From an uncultured Pseudomonadota bacterium (GTDB lineage: Bacteria > Myxococcota_A > UBA796 > CAJQPC01), in assembly GCA_913060515.1 (NCBI GenBank), contig CAJXRZ010000019.1, positions 19,857 through 83,856 on the forward strand: a DNA stretch of 64,000 nt, in the 5' to 3' direction. Shown in pieces: positions 17,099 through 28,000 of this stretch; position 1 is the stretch's first letter; every line of letters starts with the position of its first letter. Position numbers and translations under genes: made by a program. Under the pieces are notes generated by a model. It was not told the DNA's origin and did no database searches. It saw only the letters and a list, made by a program, of their open reading frames with translations.

Positions 17099-18093
17099 AC
17101 CGGGCGCTGGTGCCCACGGTCAACGACCTCAACGTCTTCCTCACGCCGTGGCATGTAGGCGGTCTGCAGGCAGCGGATCACATCCAGCTCACCGTAGTAG
17201 GCGGCATCGCAGGACTGGACCATCGGGCCAGCGTTCCACACGCCGACGGCCTGCTCGATGCAGCTGAGCTGGTGGGTGGTGCTGTACAGGGCGTCATCGC
17301 AGGCTTCAATGGTGGCCTGCATCTGTTGGATGGGGGGCGCCGCGTGACGCGCGCTGGCCTGTGATGCGGCTTGGATGCAGCGTTGGGTGTTGGTGTCATC
17401 GTAGAAGGCATCGTCGCAGGCTTGGATCAGCAGTGAGATGTCCCGACCCTCTGGCGCGCTCTCTACACAGGCCAACAACTGGGATTCGCCGTAGAAGGCG
17501 TCGTCACAGGCATCGATGACGGGTGCAGGGTCGACGCGGAAGTCCCGGGCTGCCGCGACACACTCCAGCTCGAAGTTGGCGCTGTAAAAGGCGTCGTCGC
17601 AGGCGGAGATAGCGCTCGATAGGAAGGCGCTCTGGCCCTGCCCGCCGTGTCCTTGGCCGTGGCTGCCATGACCGCTGTGTCCGCCGTGGCTGCCATGACC
17701 GCTGTGTCCGCCGTGGCCCTGACCGTGGCCAGCGTGTCCGCCGTGGCCCTGGGTGGCCGCTGCTCGAATGACCATGCGCTCCTTTCCGTTGGTGGAGCGA
17801 ACCATCCATGCGCCGCGTAGGGCGAAGAGCTGCACGGAGATGGCTTTGTTGCCCCTGGGCTGTTGGGGCAGCTGAATGGTGCCGCTGGCGTTGTTCAAGG
17901 GCGCGCTCCAGAGCAGCTCTTGTCCCTGGAAGACGGCGAGGGTGGCCGGAGCATCACGTACCACCAGACCCTGCCAGCTGGCGCTGTCCAGGGTGTAGCG
18001 CAGGTTGGTGCCCTCGAGTTGGGCACGGGTCAGGACCAGGTCTCCCTCGGGAACGCCTGCCAGGGATGCTGCGGTGAGTGCTGCGATGAACAT
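17083..18093 (-). CDS. Secreted protein with His/Gly-rich linker and five Cys-paired repeats
   Basis: Start ATG 18093 (MFIAALTAASLAG); GHGGH-rich linker; five ACDDAFY-type repeats. Confidence 0.8.
   Translation of the reverse strand: MFIAALTAASLAGVPEGDLVLTRAQLEGTNLRYTLDSASWQGLVVRDAPATLAVFQGQELLWSAPLNNASGTIQLPQQPRGNKAISVQLFALRGAWMVRSTNGKERMVIRAAATQGHGGHAGHGQGHGGHSGHGSHGGHSGHGSHGQGHGGQGQSAFLSSAISACDDAFYSANFELECVAAARDFRVDPAPVIDACDDAFYGESQLLACVESAPEGRDISLLIQACDDAFYDDTNTQRCIQAASQASARHAAPPIQQMQATIEACDDALYSTTHQLSCIEQAVGVWNAGPMVQSCDAAYYGELDVIRCLQTAYMPRREEDVEVVDRGHQRPVHPRG
17636..17756 (-). repeat. Low-complexity His/Gly coding repeat including a 27-bp exact tandem duplication
   Basis: ccgtggctgccatgaccgctgtgtccg occurs twice in tandem; encodes GHGGHSGHGSHGGHSGHGSH. 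Confidence 0.8.
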
Positions 18094-18504
18094 CTTTTCT
18101 TTCCTCCGTCTGACACCGTTGACGGGCCGGATTCGCGGCTCTTCGCTTGCATGACAAGTGGCGACGAAAGACGACAGGCGATCGGATTCCGTGGTCGCAG
18201 AGGCTTTGACGCGACGGGAAGCGCCCACTCGGGCGCGCTGTAAGTGTTTCTGTTTCGGGTCAGGGCGGTGCACGAATCCCTCGCCAACCCGCCTGAGGAA
18301 CAGTTCTGCGCTGCACTGCGGCGAGGCCTCGGCCCTCACCTGTTGAAACCAGGTGAAATGCAGCTTTCTCCCTGTAGTGTGTACCTTCATCCTGTGACGG
18401 GAATGAACGATGAACACGTGGACCATCAGCCGGGCAATGCGGTGCGGGTGAGTAGCACCCAGGCTCCAGCCCTTCCCTCGCCTTCGCTTGGTCAGGCCCC
18501 GGTG

Positions 18505-19386
18505 ATGGTGCAGCACGTCTGCGCTGCTCTGCCCAAGCCGTTCGGGCTCCTTGCGCAGCTTCTTGGGGCTGCCGCTGAACTTCGACTTGGAGGCGGCCGA
18601 CGTTGCGGTCAAGCAGCGCGTGCTCTGGGCCCAAGCGCGGCTCCATCACCCCAAGTACAAGCTGCTCGCTCAGTCCATCCTGGTCCATCGTGAGGCGCTG
18701 CGCCACCGGGCGCTGCAGTGCGCAGGCCCAACCTTGGGTGAGTCTGTAGAGCGCACCCTTGCCAGCTTCTGGAAGGGCTTGTGCAACACCGCTGGCCTGA
18801 ACCCGCAGCAGCGCCAGAACCTGCTCCATCGCGAGGCGCGTCGCGTGGGTCTGGATCCCGACCGCATCCCCAGCCTGGTGCTGCGTGGCTCTCCCGAGCT
18901 GGGAAAGGCCGTTGGGGAGCGCTTGCCCTGGGCGGAGAGGCGAGCGCGGAGGTGGAGCGCTCCTTGGCATCCAACCGCAACGCGGGGGGCGCGCTCTTGG
19001 GGTTGACCGCTCTGCGCTTGGAGCCGGACACCCCCCACGCTCGCCGACGCGCTGAGGCTCTGGTGGATCTCGCCGAGGGGATTCGCGGGCTCTTGCTCCA
19101 GCGTGCTCTGAGCCCGGCCGGGCAGGAAGCCTTGGTCCGAGAGGCCTACCGCGGAGGGCTGGCGCCGCATCTGGCCCGCCAAGCCTGTCAGCTGGCCCTG
19201 CAAGAGTGGCTGGCCTTCCGCAAGGGAGACCGCGATGCATACGCGCTCCTGGGACGTGGAAGCGCCCACACCCAGCGTCTGCGCTACCTGAAGCGACGCC
19301 GTCTGTTGGTGGCTCGGGTCTTCCTGCCCAAGGACCTGCGCGACTTGGTTCGTCTGGACGCGGCTTGGACAAGTCTGGCGAGTTGA
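18505..19386 (+). pseudogene. Hypothetical gene split by apparent frameshift(s)
   Basis: GC3-rich coding frame switches from ORF 18551..19006 to ORF 18781..19386 at the GGGG run 18914-18917; possible second shift near 18550. Confidence 0.5.
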
Positions 19387-19429
19387 GGCCCTGACAGGTT
19401 CCTGCGCTCCGCTGCGTTACACGGTCCCC

Positions 19430-20266
19430 ATGACAGCACTGCCCACACTGCACCCGAACGCCCGGGTGGATCTGCACATGCACAGCGATCGCTCCGATGG
19501 CCGCTATGCCCCTGAGCACGTGCTCAAGCTGGCGGGTGAGTCGGGCTTGGATGTGATCGCATTGACGGATCATGACTTGCCAGCGCAGCTCCCGGTGGGC
19601 CCGCAAGTGGTCGAGGGGCACACGGTTCATGTGCTGCACGCGGTCGAGGTCAGCGGGTGGCACGGGGACCAAGAACTGCACCTCTTGGTGTACTTCCCTG
19701 CCGAGATGCCCGAAGACTTTCGCCTCTTCTGCACCGAGCTGGCCAAGCACAGAGCGGATCGCTACGAGCGCGCCCTGGAGAACCTGGCCCTGGAAGGTGT
19801 GACGCCGCCGGACCAAGCCAGCCGAGACGGCGAACGGGCCATCACTCGGCTGCATCTTGCCCAGGCGCTGGTGGACGCCGGTCACGCCGAGAACCTGCGC
19901 CAAGCCTTTGGCAAGTGGGTGGGCAACCACACCGCCAAGGTGCCGCACGTCACGCTCTCCATGGCCGACGCCATCGCGCGAGCGCGGGCTGCGGGCGGCC
20001 TGACCTCGTGGGCGCATCCGTCCCTTGATCAGGCGCGGGCCTATCTTCCTGAGCTTGTGGAGCTCGGGGTTCAGGGGGTCGAGGTCTTCCGCCCCCGTGT
20101 GGGCTCGAAGACCCGGCGAGAGCTGGGGCGCTTCTCGCGCAGGCACAAGATTGTGGCCACCGGTGGCTCAGACTGGCATGGCTGGTACCGCCACGAGCTC
20201 GGCGAGTTCAGCGTGCAAGCCCAGCAGTTGGGCGGCTTCTTCCAGGCCCTGCAAGCTCTGGCCTAG
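19430..20266 (+). CDS. PHP domain phosphoesterase (TrpH/YciV-like)
   Basis: DLHMHSDRSDG, ALTDHD, VEVS..ELHLLVY, WAHP, GVEVF, TGGSDWHG. Confidence 0.92.
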   Translation: MTALPTLHPNARVDLHMHSDRSDGRYAPEHVLKLAGESGLDVIALTDHDLPAQLPVGPQVVEGHTVHVLHAVEVSGWHGDQELHLLVYFPAEMPEDFRLFCTELAKHRADRYERALENLALEGVTPPDQASRDGERAITRLHLAQALVDAGHAENLRQAFGKWVGNHTAKVPHVTLSMADAIARARAAGGLTSWAHPSLDQARAYLPELVELGVQGVEVFRPRVGSKTRRELGRFSRRHKIVATGGSDWHGWYRHELGEFSVQAQQLGGFFQALQALA

Positions 20267-20284
20267 CGCAAGCGTTTCGTTGAT

Positions 20285-21097
20285 ATGAGCCTCCTACTCG
20301 TCAACTTGATTCTGGCCACAGGTCTGCCTCCCCAAACCGTGATGGTGGACGCGAACCTCGCCTGTCCAGGCCGCAGCGACAAGGTGCGCTTCACCTACCG
20401 GGTGGACTCCGGGGCCTGTGCGCCAGGGGGCCCCTGCTCCTACACCCACGAGAATCCAGATCCCAACAGCACCCTTGTGCTGCGTCAGAACGACTGTTTC
20501 TGGCCGCAGGCGGTGCACTTCGTTCGCGACGGCGTATGCGAGGGAGAGCCGGTCTGGGCGGTCAAGGGCATCGTTCCGCGGGCACCCTTCCGCATCGAGC
20601 CTTGGCCTGGCGGCCAAGGGCTGGCGCTTCAGCAGGACGCCAAGGCGCCTCAGAGCTGTCCTGGACCGCCCAAGTCACTGGACACAGTCGGGCCCCTCCA
20701 AATCGCAAAGGGCGTCGGCTCTTGGCAGATGCGAGCTCTGGAGGACATGACCCTGGAGGAGCAGCCCGATGGGCTGGTCATCATGACCACGCCAGTGGAG
20801 CAGGCCCTGGCCTTTGAGGGCGCCTACCGCTCCCAGCCCATGGACCGCGCGGTGGCTGAGGCGGCTCTGGCCAAGATGAGCGTGCAGTACCCACGCACGG
20901 AGAAGATGCAGGTGAACGTGCAGAGCGTCCTGCTGGGGGGACAAGAGGTGCTGCGCAAAGTGCAGGACGGGAACTACCCGCTGTGCATCGCCAGCCGCGA
21001 TCTGGACTTGGCCTTGATCCTCACCGAGGAGATCACGCTCACCGTGAGCGGCCACCAGGACATCTTCGTCGAGACCTCTCGCTGTGCGGGGCTCTAG
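20285..21097 (+). CDS. Secreted hypothetical protein
   Basis: Short hydrophobic N-terminus, several Cys, coding-like codon usage. Confidence 0.65.
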   Translation: MSLLLVNLILATGLPPQTVMVDANLACPGRSDKVRFTYRVDSGACAPGGPCSYTHENPDPNSTLVLRQNDCFWPQAVHFVRDGVCEGEPVWAVKGIVPRAPFRIEPWPGGQGLALQQDAKAPQSCPGPPKSLDTVGPLQIAKGVGSWQMRALEDMTLEEQPDGLVIMTTPVEQALAFEGAYRSQPMDRAVAEAALAKMSVQYPRTEKMQVNVQSVLLGGQEVLRKVQDGNYPLCIASRDLDLALILTEEITLTVSGHQDIFVETSRCAGL

Positions 21098-21133
21098 ACC
21101 GCGGCCGCAGCAGGCGCTTGTTGGAGTCGGCAC

Positions 21134-21166
21134 AAAAAAAGCGCCTGGAAGTTGCCCTCCAAGCGC
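21134..21166 (-). terminator. Rho-independent terminator
   Basis: Minus strand GCGCTTGGAGG-GCAA-CTTCCAGGCGC followed by T7; 11-bp stem, GNRA loop, downstream of SCP2 gene. Confidence 0.85.
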
Positions 21167-21207
21167 TCTCTTCAACGGCGAGATGCCCCGCCGCAGTGTC
21201 TCTTGAC

Positions 21208-21513
21208 TCAGCCCAAGAGGGTCTGGAGCTGGGTGGCGAGGCCCAGGTTGTCGGCGGTCAGCTTGCCGGTCATGAAGAGCTGCATGGCCATGGAAGGGTT
21301 GTCGAGCAGTGCCTCGAAGTCGTCCTTGCCCACGTTGATGGTGCAGTCTGCCTCGGATGCGCCCTCGGCCACGGAACCTTCCTTCAGATCGATGGTGTAG
21401 CTGGTGCCGCCATCGATGTTGAAGGCGAAGCTAGCGCCGATGTCCTTGACTGCTGGCTCGTTCTCGATCTTGGCAGGGATGGTCTTGGTGAAGAATTCGA
21501 CGTGGTCAGCCAT
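21208..21513 (-). CDS. SCP2 sterol-binding domain protein
   Basis: FNIDGGTSYTIDL, ADCTINV, MQLFMTGKL..NLGLA. Confidence 0.9.
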   Translation of the reverse strand: MADHVEFFTKTIPAKIENEPAVKDIGASFAFNIDGGTSYTIDLKEGSVAEGASEADCTINVGKDDFEALLDNPSMAMQLFMTGKLTADNLGLATQLQTLLG

Positions 21514-21598
21514 GGCAGCACTCCTGGACGGGACAAAGGGGTTTGACTGAATAGTGATTCAGTTGCCCCCAGGGCCTAACGCCCAGGGGGAGGGGCTG

Positions 21599-23221
21599 CT
21601 ACAGCTTGCGGCGCATCAGCCAAGTCGTGATCGCGCCTGCGACGGCCAAACCGGGGAAGAGCACCATGGCCAGGAGCACCGAGAGCACGAGCTGGGTGAC
21701 GCTGGCGTTGAGCTGACCGCCCTTGGCCTCGTTCGCCCGGATGGCGATTTGATCTTCCTCGCCCACCAACCAAGCGACCGCGTTCATGAACAGGTCCAGG
21801 TTCTGGCCGTTGATCAAGAGCTTGTTGCTGGCAAAGTCGGCGTCACCAAAGACGATGACCCGTCCACCGGCTGCCGGGGTGGGCTGGGTGCTCAGTCCCT
21901 CCCCGATGGCGATGGCGCTGGGGTCCGTGACCTCGGCCAGGGCGATGACGCCGATGTTGCCGATGCGGTCGGCCTCATCAGGTGCCAGCTCGCTGCTCAG
22001 GGCCAACATGGGGTCGCTCTCTGCCCAGGACTCCGGGGTGGTGCGTGCCAAGACCTGTGCGTTGATGCCCTGGGGGGCCTCCGGGGAGACCTCCACCGAG
22101 CGTGCCAGCTCCATCAGCACAAAGCCGTTGAGCTCGTTGACAACGGGGTGGTAGTCGAAGGAGTCCGGCAAGAGCATGACCATCGAGGCATCCAGGCCAG
22201 CCTGGAGGAACTGAGGGTCCGCCTCGATCACCAAGTCTTCACCCACGGAGATGCCGTAGCGGGACATGTCCTGTGCCAGGAGCGGAGTTGCAGCGCCCAC
22301 TGCACCATCGACCAAGCCAAAGGGCTCCAGCAGCACCATCAGCGCGCCGCCCTCGGCCACGTAGGCAGCCAGGACCTCGAGCTCGACGGGCAGAAAGTCT
22401 TGGGAGGGACCCGCCACAAAGACGACCTCGCAGTCGCTGGGGACGGAACGCTCCTGGAATGGGGAGAAGTTGCGGGCGGTGTAGTTTCCGCCTTCGGCCT
22501 TGATGATCACGCCGCCAAAGCCCAACTCGTCGATGTCGTTGTCCAACTCACGCTCGCCGTGGCCGTTCGTGAAGCAGAGGATGTGCTCCTGGCCGGCGGT
22601 GAGGTTGATGAGGGCGTTGGTGAAGGCCTCCTCGCTAAAGTCGGTCTCCAGGCGGCGGCTCTTGTCGCCCATCTGCAGGATCACGGTGCCGTAGCGGGAG
22701 GTGATGCCGTTGGATTGGGCGAGCATGGGCTCCGCATCGGGGTCGATCATCTGCAGCTCCAGCATCGTATTGTGCTGGGCATAGCTGTTGAATCGCTCCT
22801 CAAACGAGGCCCCTACGTCCTCGGCCTCCAAGGCGAAGAAGCCCATGACCTTGACCGGCTGGGTCAGGCCTTCGGCCACCTTGATGGACTGCTCGCTCAG
22901 GGTGAAGGTGCCCGATGAGGTGGCGTCCCAGCGCTTGTCGTAGCGCTTGGCCAGAACGTTGGCTGCGATGGCGATGCCCAGGGCGATGACCACCAAGAGC
23001 ACGGCGCCGCCGGCCAGGGAGGTGTTGCGCGCCTTGGCCACGTTGGCCACGTCGTCGCGGTCCAGCCAGAGGTAGGCGATGAGCATGGCGGCGCCGATGC
23101 CGCCCACCACGCCAAAGGCGGTGCGGATCTCTTGCAACGCTGCGTAGGAACCCAGGAAGGTGAGCACCAAGGCGCCACCCAAAAGACCCAGGATCCAAGC
23201 GAATTTTTGAAGCTTGTCCAT
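21599..23221 (-). CDS. GldG-like ABC transporter accessory protein
   Basis: Three N-terminal TMs; KRWDATSSGTFTLSEQS, CFTNGHGE, VFVAGP, VIVFGDADFASN, NLDLFMNAVAWL; C-terminal TM. Confidence 0.88.
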   Translation of the reverse strand: MDKLQKFAWILGLLGGALVLTFLGSYAALQEIRTAFGVVGGIGAAMLIAYLWLDRDDVANVAKARNTSLAGGAVLLVVIALGIAIAANVLAKRYDKRWDATSSGTFTLSEQSIKVAEGLTQPVKVMGFFALEAEDVGASFEERFNSYAQHNTMLELQMIDPDAEPMLAQSNGITSRYGTVILQMGDKSRRLETDFSEEAFTNALINLTAGQEHILCFTNGHGERELDNDIDELGFGGVIIKAEGGNYTARNFSPFQERSVPSDCEVVFVAGPSQDFLPVELEVLAAYVAEGGALMVLLEPFGLVDGAVGAATPLLAQDMSRYGISVGEDLVIEADPQFLQAGLDASMVMLLPDSFDYHPVVNELNGFVLMELARSVEVSPEAPQGINAQVLARTTPESWAESDPMLALSSELAPDEADRIGNIGVIALAEVTDPSAIAIGEGLSTQPTPAAGGRVIVFGDADFASNKLLINGQNLDLFMNAVAWLVGEEDQIAIRANEAKGGQLNASVTQLVLSVLLAMVLFPGLAVAGAITTWLMRRKL

Positions 23222-23227
23222 AGTGGT

Positions 23228-24013
23228 CTACCTCCACCGGTAGGCTTCGACACGCTGGTGCGTGACGAAGAGGAAGAAGGCGACGAAGCTGCCGAAGTAG
23301 ACGAGATCCTTGGTGTGGATCAGGCCCTTCTGCATGTCCTCGGTGCGGTTGACCAAGGAGGCGAAGGAGAGGACATCCTTGAGGTTGCCCTGAAAGCCAG
23401 TGGAGCCCAAGCTGCCCTCGGCCCAGCCCAAGAGCCAGAACATGAGCAGAATGCCAAAGGCCAGGATCATGGCCACCATTTGGTTCTCGGTGAAGCTGCT
23501 CGCCATCAGACCCACCGCCATGAAGCAGGCGGTCATCATGGTCCAGCTCAGGTAGCAGCTGGCCATGATTCCAGGGTCGGGGTCGCCCATCCAGAAGAGC
23601 AGCGCCGGGTAGTGCAGAGTGCCCAGGAAGAGCAAGAGCACAAAGCCGAGGGCGCCCAGGTACTTGCCCAGCACGATCTCCGTGGTGGAGATGGGGCTGG
23701 TCAGCAGCAGCTCCAGGGACTTGGCTTTGCGGTCCTCGGAGAAGAGACGCATGGTCAGGGCTGGGCACAAGAAGAGCAGGATGATGTTGGCGTTCCCGAA
23801 GAAGGGAGAGACCAAGTACTCATCGACGTTCATCTCTGCGGGGCCGTATGGGTCGTAGCCCATGGTTGCGGCCTGCTCAGAGTAAAAGCCCAGGAAGATC
23901 GAGAAGAAAAAGCCGGTGAGCAAGATGTAGCCGCACAGACTCAGCCAGCCCACAGGGGTGGCGAAGTAGTTGCGCAGCTCTCGCTTGGCGATGGCCAGAA
24001 TGTTGCCCATCAC
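23228..24013 (-). CDS. ABC-2 permease (GldF-like)
   Basis: IAKRELRNYFATP, PALTMRLFSEDRK..LELLLTSP, IVLGKYLG. Confidence 0.9.
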   Translation of the reverse strand: MMGNILAIAKRELRNYFATPVGWLSLCGYILLTGFFFSIFLGFYSEQAATMGYDPYGPAEMNVDEYLVSPFFGNANIILLFLCPALTMRLFSEDRKAKSLELLLTSPISTTEIVLGKYLGALGFVLLLFLGTLHYPALLFWMGDPDPGIMASCYLSWTMMTACFMAVGLMASSFTENQMVAMILAFGILLMFWLLGWAEGSLGSTGFQGNLKDVLSFASLVNRTEDMQKGLIHTKDLVYFGSFVAFFLFVTHQRVEAYRWR

Positions 24014-24915
24014 GCCTCCGCTTGTTGGGTCAGGTGGAGGAAGATGTCTTCCAAGCTCTGGCGGCCGGAGAACTCCAGCAGGCCATAGGGCACGGCGGCG
24101 GCTGCCACTTGCTCGCGGATGTCGCCCGGTTCGGTGAACAGGGAGATCGCGCCGGCATCGCCCGGGGTGACGCTGAGCACGCCTGGCATGACGCTAAGAA
24201 TGTCCAACAGGCCTTCGGGGCGGGCCACGCTCAGGGTGATGGTGCGACCCCCCAAGACTTTGGTGAGCTCGCTGATCGGGCCTTGGCCGACCATCTTGCC
24301 CTTGTTGATAATGACCACCCGCTCGCACATCGCTTCGATGTCGGCCAGAACGTGGGTGCTCAGGATCACGGTGCGGTCTTCCTGGGCCAGCTCCTTGAGC
24401 AGGTCCCGAATCTCCATGCGCTGGGCAGGATCCAAGCCCGAGTAGGGTTCGTCCAGAATGAGCACGTCGGGGTTGTGCACCAAAGCTTGGGCCACACCGC
24501 AGCGTTGGCGGAAACCCTTGGAGAGGTGGTCGATGATGCGGTGCGCGACCGGGGCAAGACCGACGCGATCAATGGTGGCCTCGGCTGCGCCCTTGATGTC
24601 GTCCACCCCCTTGAGACGTGCGGCGAAGCGCACGTAGTCCCGCACCTTCATGTCGGTGTAGAGGGGAGGAACTTCGGGGAGATAGCCGATCCGCTTCTTC
24701 ACCTGACGGGGGTTCTCGAAGACGTCCTGGCCGTCCAGGGTCACCCGGCCCTCGGTCGCTCCCAAGCTGCCCGTGATGATGCGCATGGTTGTGGTCTTCC
24801 CCGCGCCGTTTGGGCCCAAGAAGCCAACGACTTCTCCCTTTGGCACCTCGAAGCTGAGCTCCTGTACCGCTGTCGTGGCGCCGTAGCGCTTGCTCAGCTT
24901 CTCGACCTTGATCAT
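24010..24915 (-). CDS. ABC transporter ATP-binding protein (GldA-like)
   Basis: GPNGAGKTT, LSKGFRQR, ILDEP, ILSTH; start ATG 24915 (MIKVEKLSKRYG). Confidence 0.93.
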   Translation of the reverse strand: MIKVEKLSKRYGATTAVQELSFEVPKGEVVGFLGPNGAGKTTTMRIITGSLGATEGRVTLDGQDVFENPRQVKKRIGYLPEVPPLYTDMKVRDYVRFAARLKGVDDIKGAAEATIDRVGLAPVAHRIIDHLSKGFRQRCGVAQALVHNPDVLILDEPYSGLDPAQRMEIRDLLKELAQEDRTVILSTHVLADIEAMCERVVIINKGKMVGQGPISELTKVLGGRTITLSVARPEGLLDILSVMPGVLSVTPGDAGAISLFTEPGDIREQVAAAAVPYGLLEFSGRQSLEDIFLHLTQQAEA

Positions 24916-25082
24916 CGATTCACCCTGGTGTCGCCGCATCTTCGGCAGCCGAGGCCCAGGTATTGCCCGAGGGATGCACGTCAAGTGTAAGAATGGCGAG
25001 ACGGGGTGGAAGCGCGGGGGCTGGCTTGTGCCTGCGAGGTGTGCAGCGCTATCCTGTGGCCCTTGTAACTCCGGGACCTCCC

Positions 25083-28000
25083 ATGCTGAATCGTCTTGCT
25101 TTGCCCCTTCTCTTGGGTCTACTGACAGCCTGCAACGCTGAGTGGTCTGCCGTGGACGCGGATGGGGACGGCGTGCCCTTTGGCCAAGACTGCGATGACT
25201 TGAACGGGGACGTGGGAGACAAGGTCGAGATCTGGTACGACGGCATTGACCAGGACTGCGATGGCAACGACGCGGACATGGACGGCGATGGCTTTGTTCC
25301 CAGCTGGTATGTCGCGGATTTCCCGGACACTTGGCAGGACTTTCCGGCGCACATCGCCTCAGGGGACTGCTGGGACAGCACTCTGGAGATTCCGGAGGAC
25401 CAGGTGGCCGTGGGCGGGGCCGCTCAGCCCAGCGCCGAGCTGGTGTACCCAGGCGCCGGTGACGCTTGGTACGACGGCGTTGATCAGGACTGCGAGGAGA
25501 ACTCTGACTTTGACCAGGACGGGGACGGTCAGGACAGTCAGTGGCATGAGAACGTGGCGGGAGAGGTGGGCACCGACTGCGCCGATGCTGTGGAGGACTT
25601 GGAAGACGTCCAGGACGACGACTGCGGAGTGCCCAGTGGCATTCAGCCCGAGGACATCTTCCTAGGCGCCCCGGACGCCCCTTATGACGGGGTCAACCAG
25701 GACTGCGGTGTCGACGATTTCGGTGCCTTTGAGAACGACTTCGATGCGGACGGCGACGGCTTTGTGGTCTGCGAAGAGTGCGATGATTCCGATGCCAACA
25801 TCTTCCCGAACGAAGGCATTGAGGAGCTCTGGTACAACGGCATTGACGAGAACTGCGACGGAAACGACGGGGACCGGGACGGCGATGGCTACGTCGATGC
25901 CGCCTACATCGCGGCCTTCCCGAGCACGTGGGATGCGCCGGAGTTCACGGCCCACAGAACGGTGGTCTACGACAGCCTGGGCGTAGAGGTCGAAGGCTTG
26001 CCCGCAGTGGACTGTTGGGACGATCCCACCGTCACGCCCGCTGAGTTTCAGCCCCTGGGTGGCTTGCCCCCTCTGGATCCGGACGAGGTCTATCCGCGCG
26101 CCAAGGCAGACGAGCCAGCCGACGCGGTCTACGACGGGATTGACGCGGACTGCTGGCAAGACAGCGACTTTGACTTTGACCAGGACGGCCACGACGCCGG
26201 CGATGTCAGCCAGCGCGGAGGCGCCTTGGGCGATGACTGCGACGATGGCGACCCCTCGGTCTTCCCAGGCGTGGACCTGAGCGGCGTAGAGGCCGTCGAG
26301 AGCTGCGATGAGGTGGACTCCAACTGCGATGGCAGCATCAACGACGTCGAATCCCTGGGGTGCGAGGCCTACTACATCGACGCGGACGGAGACAGCTTCG
26401 GAGTCTCTGGCGGCTTTGTCTGTCAGTGCGAGGCCGAGGGCAGCTACACCTCGCTGTTGAACACCGACTGCAACGATGGGGACAAGCACGAGTACCCCGG
26501 CGCTCCTGACCTCTGCGATGGCCAGGACAACGACTGCGATGGCAGCTTGGAGAGCGACGAGCAGGACGACGACGGCGATGGCTACGTGCAGTGCACATGG
26601 CCAGCCTCTGGCTGGGACACGGACTCCGCGTCCATGTCTGGCGGCGAGGACTGCGATGACACCGACAACACCATCTACCCCAACGCCACGGAGCTCTGCG
26701 ACGGTCAGGACAATGACTGCGATGGCAGCTTGGCGAGCGTCGAGAGTGATCTGGACAGCGACGGCTACGTGGCTTGCTCCATCGACGGCGGCGGCTGGGA
26801 CGGAAGCTCCACGCCTACTGGCTACGATGACTGTGACGATGCAGAGTCGACCACCAATCCAGGCGCGGCCGAGCAGGTTGCAGATGGCGTAGACAACGAC
26901 TGTGACTCGGTGGAGACCTGCTACGCCGATGTCGACGGCGACGGCTTTGGGGACCCCAGCGCTACCGCTGAGACCGGCTCCTCCAACTTCAACTGCGACC
27001 GAGACTTTAAGGGTCTGGCCGATGACTCGGACGACTGCGACGATACGGACGAGACCGTCTACCTTGGCGCGGACGAGCTCTGCGATGGTCAGGACAACGC
27101 CTGCGCAGGCAGCATTGACACCGACGAGATCGACAACGACTCCGACGGCTACGTGGAATGCTCCGACGACGGCAGCACCTGGGCAGCCAGCAGCATCACT
27201 GGCTACGACGACTGCGACGATTCGGCCAGCACGGTCTACCCAACGGCCGCTGAGACGGTGGCCGACGGCGTGGACCAGGACTGCGATGACGTAGACACCT
27301 GCTACCGCGATGCAGACGAGGACGGCTACGGCTCGACCACGGAAGTGGACGGCATCGACCTGGACTGCGACCAGGCCAGCTCCAAGTTGGCCGACGACGC
27401 CACCGACTGCGATGACACCGACGACGTGGTCTACCCCACGGCCACTGAGCTCTGCGATGGCCAAGACAACGCTTGTTTGGGTTCAACACCCACCAACGAG
27501 ACCGATGACGACTCCGACGACTACGTGGAGTGCTCCGACGATGGCAGCGACTGGGCTGGGCCATCCGGCCTGGGCTACGACGACTGTGACGACACCGACC
27601 CGGACATCAACCCCGGTGAGCGTGAGATCTGCGATAGCGCCAACACCGACGAGGACTGCAACGGCAGCGCCGATGATCTGGACTCTGGGACCAAGTCTTC
27701 CTCCAAGACCACTTGGTACGTGGACGCCGACTCCGACACCTATGGAGATGACCAAGACAGCGGCACCGCTCTCTGTGAGCAGCCCAGTGGCTACGTCAGC
27801 GACAACACCGACTGCGACGACTCCAACAGCGGCGTGAGCCCTGGTGAGAGCAGCGATGCAGTGGGGGATGAAGTGGACCAGGACTGTGATGGCACCGAGC
27901 TCTGCTACGTGGACAGCGACGAGGATGGCTTTGGCAGCACCAGCACAGTGGCCTCGACGGCGGACGCGCTCTGCTCTACCGCCGACAACGAGTCCACGTT

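Noticed and set aside
18094-18500. Riboswitch or ncRNA in the long intergenic region
   Set aside because: Only a partial AAAGCC-like resemblance to c-di-GMP-I; required stems and GAAA loop not found; an Rfam scan would settle it
21599-24915. Bacteroidota-type gliding motility locus
   Set aside because: GldA/F/G-like ABC systems are widespread outside Bacteroidota and no gldJ/K/L/M/N or spr genes are present
24963-25082. Longer N-termini given by the ORF track for several genes (24963, 18612, 40065, 38356, 48132, 2435, 12605)
   Set aside because: Extensions overlap neighbouring genes or promoters, lack coding bias, and bury signal peptides; downstream starts were used instead
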